64,000 nt of DNA from Eledone cirrhosa (GCA_964016885.1 OZ024745.1:80104001-80168000); one strand, 5' to 3'; positions 25,545 to 39,056 are shown, numbered from the stretch's first letter. Made by a program: numbers and translations. Notes: generated from the sequence alone by a model not told the origin.

Positions 25545-26553
25545 CATTATGGAAAAAACCAGCTTCTGCTAAAACTTCTGGTTTTTGCTTTTTATCCTTT
25601 GGCCACAAAGAAAATGTTTTAAGGCGTTCACTTAACAAAGCAAGATTTGGATGTATAGGGCGGTCAAATAGAATGTTACTCCGAGCTTGTATTGGTACAT
25701 TACCTACCAATTTCTCACACAAGAAAGGGCAGTTCGGAGAAACTGACCTATGTTTTTCTTTAATGTTATCACCTGCTTTCCAATTATTGATTTCACATTT
25801 GCAAAAAATACAACAGACATTATCTGCAGGCCCCTTGTGGTAGAAACCATTAGCTGCCAAATCTTTAGCTTTTAATGGGTAAGATGTCGTCCATTTGACA
25901 AAACTTTTTATCCGATTCAGTTCGTATTTCAAATCCATTTTCATAAAAGATTCTAAATTTGGACATTTCGGACTAAAACGTGTATGTTCTTTATGGACAT
26001 CATCATTTTCTTTCCAGTTGCGCAATTGGACAGAGCAGTATGCACATTTAACAGCATCTCCATAACCTAAGTAATAAAATCCATTCTTGGCAAGATCTGT
26101 GGGTGTTACTGGCACATTTTTGTTCCAATTTTTATAGGTATCCAGTCTTTTTTGCATATCAAGCATTTCATTCTTATTTGAATTAATAACATTTTCAGTA
26201 TTAGTTGGCATTGCAGAATCAGTTTGGATCTCAGTGCTCTGAGCATTAAAAGCTGCAGCATTTTCATCATCTGCTTCATCATATACATATACTGGAAAAC
26301 TCTCAACTTTATATCTACACGAATGATCATGTTTGAAACTGGAATCTGAAAACTTAACTACAGTTTTACAGAAATAGCACATTATTTTTTCTGCTGTCGT
26401 ATCGTAATAATAACCATTTCCAGAGAGTTGTACAGATGTTAACTTTGGATGAATATTTTCAAAAAACGTCAATAATCTTTCAATTTCATAACGTAAATCC
26501 CCAGCAGGTGTGCTAAGATTTTTTTAAAATTTTCTTTCAGTAATAGTGGTCAT
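25545..26553 (-). CDS. IAP gene coding exon 1: short BIR1, BIR2, BIR3 and first half of BIR4; in-frame TAA at 26524-26526
   Basis: ATG at 26553 follows a polypyrimidine/AG acceptor (26570 or 26576). Reads MTTITERKF*KNLSTPAGDLRYEIERLLTF..., then RLDTY..W..LAKNGFYY..D.VKCAYC..WK..EH..SPKC and RIKSF..W..LAANGFY..CIFC..KH..SPNC. Donor GTAGGT at 25544, phase 1. Confidence 0.93.
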
Positions 26554-27229
26554 TGCTTATTCCCAGTGACTGAAACTAAAAAATACAAAAATATGAGATT
26601 AATTTAATGAATTTGGTTTTCTGTAAGAAATTCTATAAACTACAAAATAAAAAGTAATGCATAGTTAACAACTCACACCTACGGGAGGTTTAGCTGGCCT
26701 CCTACAAAGCTGTACCCCATGGAAGGTATTTTAATGATAAAGATCCTAGTACCATCATGTTTTACAGTTCACACCTATGCAGGTTTAGCTGACCTCCTAC
26801 AGGGATTATCTCATAGGAGGTTTCTTGTGATTTTTAATTATAGGAGCCCCATGTTATCACGAAAAGCAACATAAAATGAAACAACTTGCTCAAGAACACA
26901 ATATACTGCTCAGTTCAGGAACTGAATCCACAATTTTATGATTGTGAGTCCAAAACCCTAACCTAGAGAGCAATAACAGAAAGCTAGAAGAGAAGCCAGG
27001 TATAACTAGCAAGGAGAGAAGCAGAAAAGAAGAAGTGTACATATATTCTACACTGTGAAGTATTTTAGATTGCGAGGCAGTGTACATATATTCTACACTG
27101 TGAAGTATTTTAGATTGCGAGGCAGTGTACAAGAGAAAATTGTGATGTGGTTGGAGAAAAGTGTGTTTGAAACGATAGTGGAGCATTTGTCCTGTCTGAT
27201 GATGAAGTTACTATGAGAGGCTGCTGAAT

Positions 27230-28460
27230 GAAGAGAATAAATAGGATATAGAGGGCCTACCCTATGCAGATCCAACAGTGACTAGTCATAAAAGTCAAAA
27301 GGAGGGTGATAGATAAAGCAATTAAAGTCATGAAAGTAGGAAAGGCAGCGGGACCAACTGATATAGTTGCTGAGACACTAAAAGCATCTGTCATGGTAGG
27401 ATATCCACTAGTCAGATGCTTTGTTAATCAACAAGGGTAAGGGAGACACACCAGACTGAGGTAACTAGAGAGGCATCAAGTTGATGGACTAGGTCATGGA
27501 AGTTGCTGAAAGGGTTATAGCACAACTAATTAGATGAAATACAGTTTGGCTTTTTGCCTAGTAGGAGTACTACTGATACCCTCTTTCTGGTGAGAGAACT
27601 ATAGGAGAGGTACTTCGCTAAGAGTAAGCCACTGTATCTGGCTTTTGTAGATCTGGAGAATGCTTTTGACAGGGCTCCACGCTCAATATTCTGGTGGGCA
27701 CTCAGGAAGCTAGGTATAGACAAATAACTTGTAATTCTGTAATTTGGTGGGCACTTAGGAGACTAGGTGTAGATGACTTGTGAGGGCCATGCAGGTCATA
27801 TAAAAGAGCAACTAGCAGGGTGAGGGTTGGAAATGAGTGAATTTGAAGTGCAAGTGGCGGTTCACTAGGGATAAGTCCTCAGTCCACTCTTGTTTATCTT
27901 TGTCATTCAAGCCATCACTGAGGAGTTTTAAAACTGGCACTCCATGGAAGCTCTTATATGCTGATGACCTAGTCCCTGTAGCTGAATATGTAGGAGAGTT
28001 AGAGGCAAAATTCCAATCAAGGATGAAAAACCTAGAAATGAAAGGCCTAAAAGTAAACTTAGCAAAGATGAAAGTTTTATGTAGGAAAGAGAATATGAGG
28101 ATGATATGATCAGAGAAGAGGCTATTTGACATATCAGATAAAGGGTTGGGCAGAAATTCCATAAGGTGTACACAGTGTAATCTATGAATGCACAAGAGAT
28201 GTATTGAGATTACAGGTAGGTTACAGAAGACAGATACACAGGAGAAGTAAGTACTAAGAACATATGTGAAATTGATTCTTTCAGTTACCAGGAAGGCTCC
28301 CAAGAAGTTGTTGACAGCTTGTGTTACCTAGGTGATCTAATTAACAATGAGAGATGATGCTATGAAAGTGTGATAGCCAGGGGTAGAATGGGCTGGAAGA
28401 GGTTTAGAGAGCTGGTACCTCTACTGACAACAAAGGACTTTTCTCTCAGAGAGAAGGCGA
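27230..28460 (+). mobile_element. Degenerate RTE (PHD-type) RT fragment
   Basis: LDEIQFGF, LAFVDLENAFDRAP, PWKLLYADDL with stops and frameshifts. Confidence 0.8.
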
Positions 28461-28849
28461 AAAACAAATGAGAAGTATGCTTCAACCCTAGTGGTGGTAT
28501 CATGATTAAAAGCATTTGGTACGACTTGGGATCGTATATAAGCAAGATGCAAACCACTGGCCCATCAGAGAGGTCAGTACTATTTGAGTATTGACTTCGT
28601 CTGTGAAAACCTGTCCAATCTATGCTTAACAGAGAAAATAGATATTAAATGATGATTATATATATATATATGTATTGCTCCATCACTTTTGAGATGATTT
28701 AGACGGTTTTGGCTGCTATCTCCAGCGTCAATATAAGCCCGTCATATTGTCCTAATACATTGATATATATATTCAATATTATAAGAAAATCAATGGTATG
28801 AAATTATTATTTATTCTTTCATTCCTACACACGTTTCATTATGGCTAGA

Positions 28850-29042
28850 TAGATTGGCAGTATAGGTAGAGGGTCGGACGCCATGCTTTGCAGCAAAGAG
28901 TTACGGCCGTTTATGATCTGGGTTCAAATCCCGCCGAGGTTAACTTTGCCTTTCATCCTTACGGGGTCGATAAAATAAAGTACCAGTAATGTACTGTTGA
29001 ATTGCTGGCCTTGTGCTAAAAGTAGAAACAATTATTATTATT
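28850..29042 (+). mobile_element. SINE family A
   Basis: Same head, core and tail as the other copies. Confidence 0.85.
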
Positions 29043-29109
29043 ATATATATATGTATATATATATGTGTATATATATATATATATATACACACATATATAT
29101 ATACATATA

Positions 29110-29699
29110 CTATGTTGGTACGGTCACGTGATGCGCATGAAAGACGACAGCTGTATAAAAAAGTGCAGGGCGATAAAAATAGACGGTAGCCACGGAGTAG
29201 GCAGACCCAGAAAAACCTGGGACGACTTGATAAATTCCGACCTCACACACTTACACCTCTCCAAGACAATGTCACTGGACTGAGATCTTTGGCACTACAC
29301 AGTCATACAGAAGACCCGCCTTGCCTAAGTACAAAGCGAAATCTACAGTCAGTAGGCACCTCTAACAAAATACACCCCCTACCCCCCGTCCCACTACCCC
29401 CTTAAATGTGAAGTTATGTTGGTAGCACAACATCCAGTCCGAAACAAATGATATTGTGTAGGTGTCACGACAAAAAAAACACAGTCCACGCTGTAATGCG
29501 GCCGTGTAGGTAACACGGTAAAAACCTTCCAGTCCACACTGTAAACGTGGTTGCTGTTAGGAAGGGCATCCAGCCATAGAAAACTTGCCAGACAGTCCTA
29601 TGCGAGCAAGACAACCACTCTTGCCTCAAGTGGGAAACCTCCCGTCCAAACCCATGCAAGCGTGGAAGATGGACGTTAAACGTTGATGATGATGATGAT
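29110..29699 (+). mobile_element. Young RTE LINE, 5'-truncated
   Basis: WYGHVMRM..GRPRKTW, 3' UTR and (GAT)n tail, between TA tracts. Confidence 0.9.
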
Positions 29700-29812
29700 A
29701 TATATATATACACATATACATATATATATAAATACATACATACATATATATATACATACATACATAAATATATATATGTATACATACATACATACATATA
29801 TATATACATACA

Positions 29813-30377
29813 TGGTGGCTGCCAACTCGTTTTCGAGTACGGCCACTACTTTATATCCATGTAGGAGAACCCCTACCGATGCGCTGAACGAGTGTGGCTT
29901 TTTAGTCCAGCCAGTGACTTGAAAACTCTGGTACAAACACTACACTTGTGACAATTATTGACACACAGTGCTGGGCCCATGGTACCATGTGACGACAAGT
30001 GCGGAGAGATCTCCAGATATAAAGCAATGCCTGTGCCGTGAAGCTTTTATAGTGAGCAAAGGCACTGCACAAAGCCAGTCCCACTCTCTTAACCAAGATG
30101 ATATTTACCAAAAAGATGAACAAGTCAACACCATTGGATACCATCAGAGTTGCAGGTGTTATATCAGAGTTTTCCTTCTAGAATTCTGCTTTGACAAAAG
30201 CTAAGGGGGTCATCTCTCCCAGTGATTTTGGATGGCCATTGACTCTTAAGAGCTCCTTTGCCCTTTGACAGGTTTTGTTTTTAGTCCTGCAGGATGTCGA
30301 AAGTCACCCTCCTCACCAAGAAACCTTGGTGGGGTTGCCAGTTTAGTCGCCAACGACCCGACCATGAGACAGGTTGT
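29813..30377 (+). repeat. Repeat X: putative LINE 5' end / ORF1 remnant (other copies 38148-38742, 40882-41363, 56339-56712)
   Basis: Four highly similar copies share the left boundary (TA)n-TGGT(G/A)GCTGCC and have different right ends. Confidence 0.8.
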
Positions 30378-30499
30378 ATATATACACATATACATATACA
30401 CACATCTATATATATACACATATATATATACACACATATATATATATATATACATACATATATATATATATATGTATATATATGTACACATATATACAC

Positions 30500-30531
<32 letters not shown>

Positions 30532-30655
30532 GTATATATATGTACACATATATACACATATATATATATATATACATATACACATATATATATATATATA
30601 TACACATATATATATATATATACACATATATATTTATATATATATACATATATAC

Positions 30656-30686
<31 letters not shown>

Positions 30687-30694
30687 CATATATA

Positions 30695-31145
30695 AACATC
30701 CTACTTGCGCAACATGCCCCAGCCAGAGCCAAAACAAGCCGCTCCAGAAGTATGCTGATGTCGCACGTGCCGCGCCAACAAGAAGGCATGCACATGCCGA
30801 CGAGATACAGATGGCCGCAGCAGAGCAGAACAATTTTTTAGTGATGGCAGAGAAGATTGTGGGACAGCTGACCTGGCTGCATCGTCTCCAGAGCCAGGGT
30901 CACCCACTCCAGCACTCGAGACCACCACAATTAAGGGACCCAGAGTGGCCGCTGCTGACACCAGACCAGGTGTCATACCGACAGCCATTACTGGCACCCC
31001 AAAAGTCACACCAGTGCTGCTGCTGAATGTCAGTGGCCTGGTGAAACTCAGTAACATGAGTAAAATTTCCTACCTGGGAGACTTACCCATAAGCAATCAA
31101 GCATTATGCATGGGACTAACCGAAACGCACCTGACAAGCAGTATA
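30695..31145 (+). mobile_element. LINE ORF1 end / ORF2 APE N-terminus (CR1/L2/Jockey-group-like); partial copy at about 45285-45462 on the minus strand
   Basis: VLLLNVSGL...K..YLGDL......MGLTETHL matches APE motifs I-II (N..GL, .TET.L). Confidence 0.65.
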
Positions 31146-31426
31146 GCTGCAATACCAAAGATCTAGCTGCAATACCAAAGACGATCTGAAAGCCAGGATC
31201 ACAAGTGCCTTTAGGGGCCTAAGTAGGGTGACAGTGGCCTGTAGCCGGTTCCGAGACCACCTCGAGGCCGTCATCAAAGCCAAAGGCGGGTTTATCGAAT
31301 GAGATCGAATGAACAAGTCATGAAGACAAACTGACCCAAGTTTGATAAATATACCTTAAAAAATAAAACTACTGTGTTATTCTTTCCTAGACAGTAATCT
31401 TGCGAACAAATATCGTCCGCACCCTG
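31146..31426 (+). mobile_element. Tc1/mariner-superfamily 3' remnant with right TIR
   Basis: CNTKDDLKARI..AF......[21 protein letters not shown]; terminus ...CACCCTG|TA. Confidence 0.75.
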
Positions 31427-31575
31427 TATATACATACACACACACGTATATATATATATACATATATATATATATACATATACATATATATATATATACA
31501 TATACATATATATAAATATATATACATATACATATATACATATATACATATATATATATACATATATATATATAC

Positions 31576-31622
<47 letters not shown>

Positions 31623-31721
31623 CATATACATATATATATATATACATATACATATATATAAATATATATACATATACATATATACATATATACATATATA
31701 TATATACATATATATATATAC

Positions 31722-31800
<79 letters not shown>

Positions 31801-31868
31801 CATATAAAATATTAAACAAATAATGAATAAACAATGAGACAGTTCCTTATATTAAACAAAAAAAGTTC

Positions 31869-32016
31869 ATTATTTAACGATCGTTTCTAGGATATATATG
31901 TGTTAGAATTGGCATGCATATTCAACAGATCTATGTACAAAATTATACAAAATTATACAAACTATCAAGATTAAATATACATACCAACACATATATACGC
32001 CGTCTTCAGAAATAAT
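31869..32016 (-). ncRNA. Type-I hammerhead with extended stem II
   Basis: ATTATTT-CTGAAGA-cggcgTATATATGTGTTGG...CTAACACATATATAtccta-GAAA-CGATCG-TT-AAATAAT. Confidence 0.7.
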
Positions 32017-32026
32017 ATATATATAC

Positions 32027-32279
<253 letters not shown>

Positions 32280-32294
32280 CATATATATATATAC

Positions 32295-32377
<83 letters not shown>

Positions 32378-32402
32378 CATATATATATATACATATATAT
32401 AC

Positions 32403-32447
<45 letters not shown>

Positions 32448-32526
32448 CATATATATATATATACATATATACATATATATATACATATATATATATATAC
32501 ATATATACATATATATATACATATAC

Positions 32527-32557
<31 letters not shown>

Positions 32558-32572
32558 CATATACATATATAC

Positions 32573-32603
<31 letters not shown>

Positions 32604-32616
32604 CATATACATATAC

Positions 32617-32662
<46 letters not shown>

Positions 32663-32877
32663 ATACATATATATATACATATACATATATATATACATAT
32701 ACATATATATATACATATATATATATACATATACATATATATATATATACATATATATACATATACATATATATACATATACATATACATATACATATAT
32801 ATATACATATACATATATATATACATATATAAATACATATACATATATAAATACATATACATATATATATACATATA

Positions 32878-34111
32878 CAGCAAGGTAAGAATTAACAACG
32901 AATATAGTGAAGAGTTTAGCGTAAAAGTTGGTGTTCATCAGGGTTCTGTTCTTAGCCCCCTATTATTTATTATTGCCCTTCAGGCTATAACAGTGGAGTT
33001 TAAGACCGGCTGCCCATGGGAACTCCTATACGCAGATGATCTAACGCTCATAGCTGAATCAATGGCCGAGCTAGAGAAGAATTTCCAAACATGGAAGCAC
33101 GGCCTAGAATCAAAAGGCCTTAAAATTAACCTGGCTAAGACTAAAGTTCTAGTTTGTAGGAAAGAAAATAAGGCGCCGGTCCCTTCCGGGAAATGGCCAT
33201 GCTCAGTAGCTAGAGTCAGAACTGGATGGAAAAAGTTCAGAGAGCTTATACCACTATTAGCCATTAAAGGGTTCTCCCTAAAAATGAAAGGCAGGTTGTA
33301 TGATGCCTGCATACGAACAGCAATGTTGCATGGCAGTGAGACCTGGGCATTGTGTGCAGAGGATATACGCAGACTAGAGAGGAACGAAGCTTGCATGCTC
33401 CGCTGGATGTGTAATAGTAATATACGTGAATGGCAAAGCATAAACGAACTAAGGGAAAAATTAGAAATAAGAGAGATCAGATGTTGTTTACTCGAGAGAA
33501 GGCTACGTTGGTGTGGTCACGTGATGCGCATGAAAGACAGCTGTATAAAAAAGTGCAGGGCAATAAAGATAGACGGTAGCCACGAAGTAGGCAGACCCAG
33601 AAAAACCTGGGACGACCTGATAAATTCCGACCTCACACACTTACACCTCTCCAAGACAATGTCACTGGACCGAGATCTTTGGCGGTACTCAGTAATAGAG
33701 AAGACCCGCCTTGCCTAAATACAAAGTAAACCTACTACAGTCAGTAGGCATCTCTAACAAAATACGCCCCCGTCACACCACCCCAACCCCATCCACACCG
33801 CCCCTTTCAATGTAAAGTTACGTTGGTGCCACAACATCCAGGCCGAAACAAATGAGATCGTGTAGGTGTCACGACAAAAAAACACACAGTCCACGCTGTA
33901 ATGTGGCCGTGTAGGTAACACGGTAAAAACCTCCCAGTCCCACACTGTAAATGTGGTTGGTGTTACGAAGGGCATCCAGCTGTAGAAAACCTGCCAGACA
34001 GTCCTATGCGAGCAAGACAACCACTCTTGCCTCAAGTGGGAAAACTCCCGTCCAAACCCATGCAAGCGTGGAACATGGACGTTAAACGATGATGATGATG
34101 ATGATGATGAT
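32878..34111 (+). mobile_element. Young RTE LINE, 5'-truncated, PHD region internally deleted
   Basis: YADD present; KWPC is joined directly to SVARVRTGW (CAGT/CTCAGT-type microhomology); (GAT)n tail. Confidence 0.92.
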
Positions 34112-34126
34112 ATACATATACATAAT

Positions 34127-34468
34127 GGAGGCACATGGCTTAGTGGTTAGAGCATTGGCCTTGCATTTGAAAGGTTGTGAGTTCAATTCTGAGACTGGGC
34201 GATGTGTTGTTTCCTTGAACAAGACACTTTATTTCACATTGCTCCAGTTTACTCAGCTGTAGAAATGAGATGATAGGGACTGGGGTCCCTATCATACCAC
34301 TGTAAAGTGGTCGTGGAGGTGCCACGGCAAAAAAGCACCCACCACTCACTGTAAAATGAGGTTGGTGTTAGGAAGGGCATCCAGCTGTAGAAATCAAGCC
34401 AGTATCAGTTCCCGTCCGACCCTTGCAAGCAGGGAAAAAGCGGACGTAAAAGGAAATGAATGATGAAA
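34127..34468 (+). mobile_element. tRNA-derived SINE family B with RTE-derived 3' tail
   Basis: A-box TGGCTTAGTGG, B-box GAGTTCAATTC, CORE-like CCTTGAACAAGACACTT, then GGTTGGTGTTAGGAAGGGCATCCAGCTGTAGAAA...CGGACGTAAAA shared with the RTE 3' UTR. Confidence 0.8.
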
Positions 34469-34680
34469 TTAATACATATATATATATACATATACACATA
34501 TACATACATATACACATATATATATACATATACATATATATATATACATATAAATATACATATAAATATACATATATATATACATATACATATACATATA
34601 CACACATATATATATATATATACATATACACATATATATATATATATATACATATACACATATATATATATATACATATA

Positions 34681-34714
<34 letters not shown>

Positions 34715-34766
34715 CACATATATATATACATATACACACATATATATATATATATATATACATATA

Positions 34767-34809
<43 letters not shown>

Positions 34810-34869
34810 ATATACATATACATATATATATATACATATACATATATATACATATACATATATATATAC

Positions 34870-34943
<74 letters not shown>

Positions 34944-35083
34944 ATATACATATATATATATATACATATATATACATATATATACATATACACATATATA
35001 TACATATACATATACATATATATACATATACATATACATATACATATATATACATATACATATATATACATATACATATATAC

Positions 35084-35114
<31 letters not shown>

Positions 35115-35140
35115 CATATACATATATATACATATATATA

Positions 35141-36814
35141 TGTACGACAACTACAGGAGAAGTACCTAGCTAAAGGTAAACCCCTCTACTTAGCTTTTGT
35201 CGACTTGGAGAAAGCCTTCGACAGAGTCCCCCGCTCCATTATCTGGTGGGCTCTTAGAAAACTAGGCGTTGACGAATGGCTTGTGAGGGCTATACAAGCC
35301 ATGTATAAAGAAACAGTCAGCAAGGTTAGAATTAACAACGAATATAGTGAAGAGTTTAGCGTAAAAGTTGGCGTCCATCAGGGCTCTGTTCTCAGTCCAC
35401 TACTATTTATTATTGCCCTTCAGGCTATAACAGAGGAGTTCAAGACAGGCTGCCCATGGGAACTCCTATACGCAGACGACCTGACACTCATAGCGGAATC
35501 AATGGCCGAGCTAGAGAAGAAATTTCAAACATGGAAGCACGGCCTAGAGTCAAAAGGACTTAAAATTAACCTGGCTAAGACCAAAGTACTAGTTTGTAGG
35601 AAAGAAAACAAGGCGGCGGTCCCTTCTGGGAAATGGTCGTGCTCGGTGTGTAGGAAAGGCGTAGGTAGAAACTGCATTTTATGTCCTAAATGCAAAGTAT
35701 GGGTGCATAAAAGATGTAGTGGGATCACAGGTAAGCTAACTAAGAACATAGATTTTACATGTGGCCGGTGCTCTGGTGCAATAAGCAGAGTGCCCACAAA
35801 ATACTAGCTCTTTCAATTGCGCAGAGGGTTCTATAGAAATAGTGGACAGCTTCCGTTACCTGGGCGATAAAATCAGCAGTGGGGGAGGGTGCTCTGAAGG
35901 TACTGTAGCTAGAGTCAGAACTGGTTGGAAAAAGTTCAGAGAGCTTATACCACTATTAGCTGCTAAAGGGTTCTCACTAAAAATGAAAGGCAGGTTGTAC
36001 GATGCCTGCATACGAACAGCAATGCTGCATGGCAGTGAGACCTGGGCATTGTGTGCAGAGGATATACGCAGACTAGAGAGGAACGAAGCTTGCATGCTCC
36101 GCTGGATGTGTAACAGTAATATACGTGAACGGCAAAGCATAAACGAACTAAGGAAAAAATTAGAGATAAGAGGGATCAGATGTTGTTTACTCGAGAGAAG
36201 GCTACGTTGGTATGGACACGTGATGCGCATGAAAGTCGATAGCTGTATAACAAAGTGCAGGGCAATAAAGATAGACGGTAGTCACGGAATAGGCAGACCT
36301 AGAAAAACCTGGGACGAGCTGATAAACTCCGACATCACACACTTACACCTCTCCAAGACAATGTCACTGGACCGAGACCTTTGGCGGTACTCAGTAACAG
36401 AGAAGACCCGCCTTACCTAAATATATAGTAAAACCTACTCCAGCCAGTAGGCATCTCTAACAAAATACACCCCGTCCCACCACCACCACCCCCACCCCAT
36501 CCACACCACCCCGTTCTATGTAAAGTTATGTTGGTGCCGCGCCATCGAGGCCGAAACAAATGAGATCGTGTAGGTGTCACGACAAAAAAACACACAGTCC
36601 ACGCTGTAATGTGGCCGTGTAGGCAACACGGTAAAAACCTCCCAGACCCACACTGTAATTGTGGTTGGTGTTAGGAAGGGCATCCAACTGTAGAAAACCT
36701 GCCAGACAGTCCTATGCGAGCAAGACAATCACTCTTGCCTCAAGTGGGACTACCCCCGTCCAAACCCATGCAAGCGTGGAACACGGACGTTAAACGTTGA
36801 TGATGATGATGATG

Positions 36815-36815
<1 letters not shown>
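35141..36815 (+). mobile_element. Young RTE LINE, 5'-truncated
   Basis: ORFs 35205-35807 and 35842-36420 (one frameshift); (GAT)n tail. Confidence 0.93.
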
Positions 36816-36877
<62 letters not shown>

Positions 36878-36929
36878 AATATATATATACCTACATATAT
36901 ATACATATATATACATATACATACATATA

Positions 36930-37923
36930 TCATAATCTATAAATCTCAGTGTGTGGTCATGCTCCTTCGTTATAGAAATCTACGATATAGAATTTCTTCA
37001 ATTGAAATTTACAAGTCAGTACCCTAAATAGTTCCGATTGCGTCTTGACACAGATAATTTTTTCAATTTCACCCACAATTACGCAAAAAATAGATAAAAC
37101 TCAATATTTTATGATTTTTCTCTCTCATTTAAACTGCTGAACTCTTTCTACTACCATTCAAAATCTATACAACTTCATAGTTTCTGCTACTTTCTCTTTC
37201 CAAGCTTGATGGTGATACTGTCCGTTCACACCACTCCCTACTGTCTTAAATTTAGAAAACACATATCCTCTATGAGGTTACTAAACCTGCTAGAAACAGC
37301 AGCTAACTCTCCCCCATATCACACCCCTCCCCACACCCTACTGTCTTAAATTTAGAAAACACATATCCTCTATGAGGTTACTAAACCTGCTAGAAACAGC
37401 AGCTAACTCTCCCCCATCTCACACCCCTCCCTACTGTCTTAAATTTAGAAAACATATCTTCTATGAGGTCACTAAAAATGCTAGAAACAGCAGCTAACTC
37501 TCCCCAATATCACACCACTCCCTACTGTCTTAAATTTAGAAAACACATATCCACTATGAGGTCACTAAACCTGCTAGAAACAACAGCTAACTCTCCCTCA
37601 TATCACAACCCTCCCTACTGTCTTAAATTTAGAAAACACACAGACAACCATGCAGAACAACTCCATCGCAGCTCTGTTGTTCGGCTGGCATCGTCTACGC
37701 GCGTGTTGCGCAAGTACTGTGAAACAAATTTCAACAGTTTTTTGCACAGAGATAATATCCATAGGCGAAACTACAATTGTCACTGCTGGCGCAGCTCCTG
37801 CTTCCAGGTCTGCAATTCATTCACCCAGTGCCTGGCAAACAAAAAAGTGCTGCCATAAAATGGGTGGTGCAACCTAACTTTGGTAACTTACTCACCCCGA
37901 GCAACGCCGGGCTTTAATGCTAG
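36930..37923 (+). mobile_element. Non-autonomous Helitron with internal tandem array of about 90-bp units
   Basis: A|TC start; 3' CCCGAGCAACGCCGGG hairpin then CTAG|T; 4-5 tandem units at about 37228-37640. Confidence 0.75.
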
Positions 37924-37974
37924 TATATATATATACCTACATATATATAGATATACACATACATATATATATAC

Positions 37975-38027
<53 letters not shown>

Positions 38028-38880
38028 TATATACATATATATATACATATATATATACATACATATATATACATATATATATACATATATATACATATAT
38101 ATATACATATATATACATATATACATATACATATATATACATATACATGGTGGCTGCCAACTCGTTTTCGAGTACGGCCACTACTTTATATCCATGTAGG
38201 AGAACCCCTACCGATGCGCTGAACGAGTGTGACTTTTTAGTCCAGCCAGCGACTTGAAAACTCTGGTACAAACACTACACTTGTGACAATTATTGACACA
38301 GTGCTAGGCCCATGGTACCATGTGACGACAAGTGCAGAGAGATCTCCAGATACAAAGCAATGCCTGTGCCGTGAAGCTTTTATAGTGAGCAAAGGCACTG
38401 CACAAAGCCAGTCCCACTCTCTTAACCAAGATGATATTTACCAAAAAGAAGAACAAGTCAACATCATTGGATACCATCAGGGTTGCAGGTGTTATATCAG
38501 AGTTTTCCTTCTCCTAGAATTCTGCCTTGACAAAGGCTAAGGGGTCATCTCTCCCAGTGATTTTGGATGGCCATTGACTCTTAAGAGCTCCTTTGCCCTT
38601 TGACAGGTTTTGTTTTTAGTCCTGCAGGATGTCCAAAGTCACCCTCCTCACCAAGAAACCTTGGTGGGGTTGCCAGTTTAGTCGCCAACGACCCGACCAT
38701 GAGACAGGTTGTACTGGGATACATGTTACCAGTAGCACCAATACATACATATATATATACATATACATACATATATATATATATACATATACATATATAT
38801 GCATATATATATATACATATATATATATACATACATATATATGCATATATATACATATATATATATGCATATATATATAC

Positions 38881-38911
<31 letters not shown>

Positions 38912-39024
38912 CATATATATATATACATATATATATATACATATATATATATACATATATATATATACATATACATACATATACATATATATGCATATAT
39001 ATATATACATATATATATACATAC

Positions 39025-39056
<32 letters not shown>

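Noticed and set aside
27034-27130. 45-bp tandem duplication upstream of the IAP start (also the roughly 95-bp direct repeat at 9290/9557)
   Set aside because: Simple local duplications with no evidence of function.
29305-29352. Hammerhead-like CAGAAGA...GCGAAA...GTC at the RTE ORF end (also about 5100-5140 on the minus strand)
   Set aside because: It overlaps coding sequence (EKTRL*), the core is not conserved in the other RTE copies, and there is no stem I.
29813-29900. HDV-like ribozyme at the left end of repeat X
   Set aside because: A G-U-initiated P1 and a possible P2 exist, but only 9 nt lie between them, too few for P3/L3, and there is no GG for P1.1. Kept only as a structured leader.
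34127-34200. tRNA gene-like A/B boxes (also 57662 and the SINE-A heads)
   Set aside because: No complete cloverleaf; they are followed by SINE body and tail.
37228-37640. CRISPR-like array (also the short repeats at 20790-20880 and 3555-3865)
   Set aside because: The units are tandem with homologous rather than unique spacers, there are no cas genes, and the context is eukaryotic.
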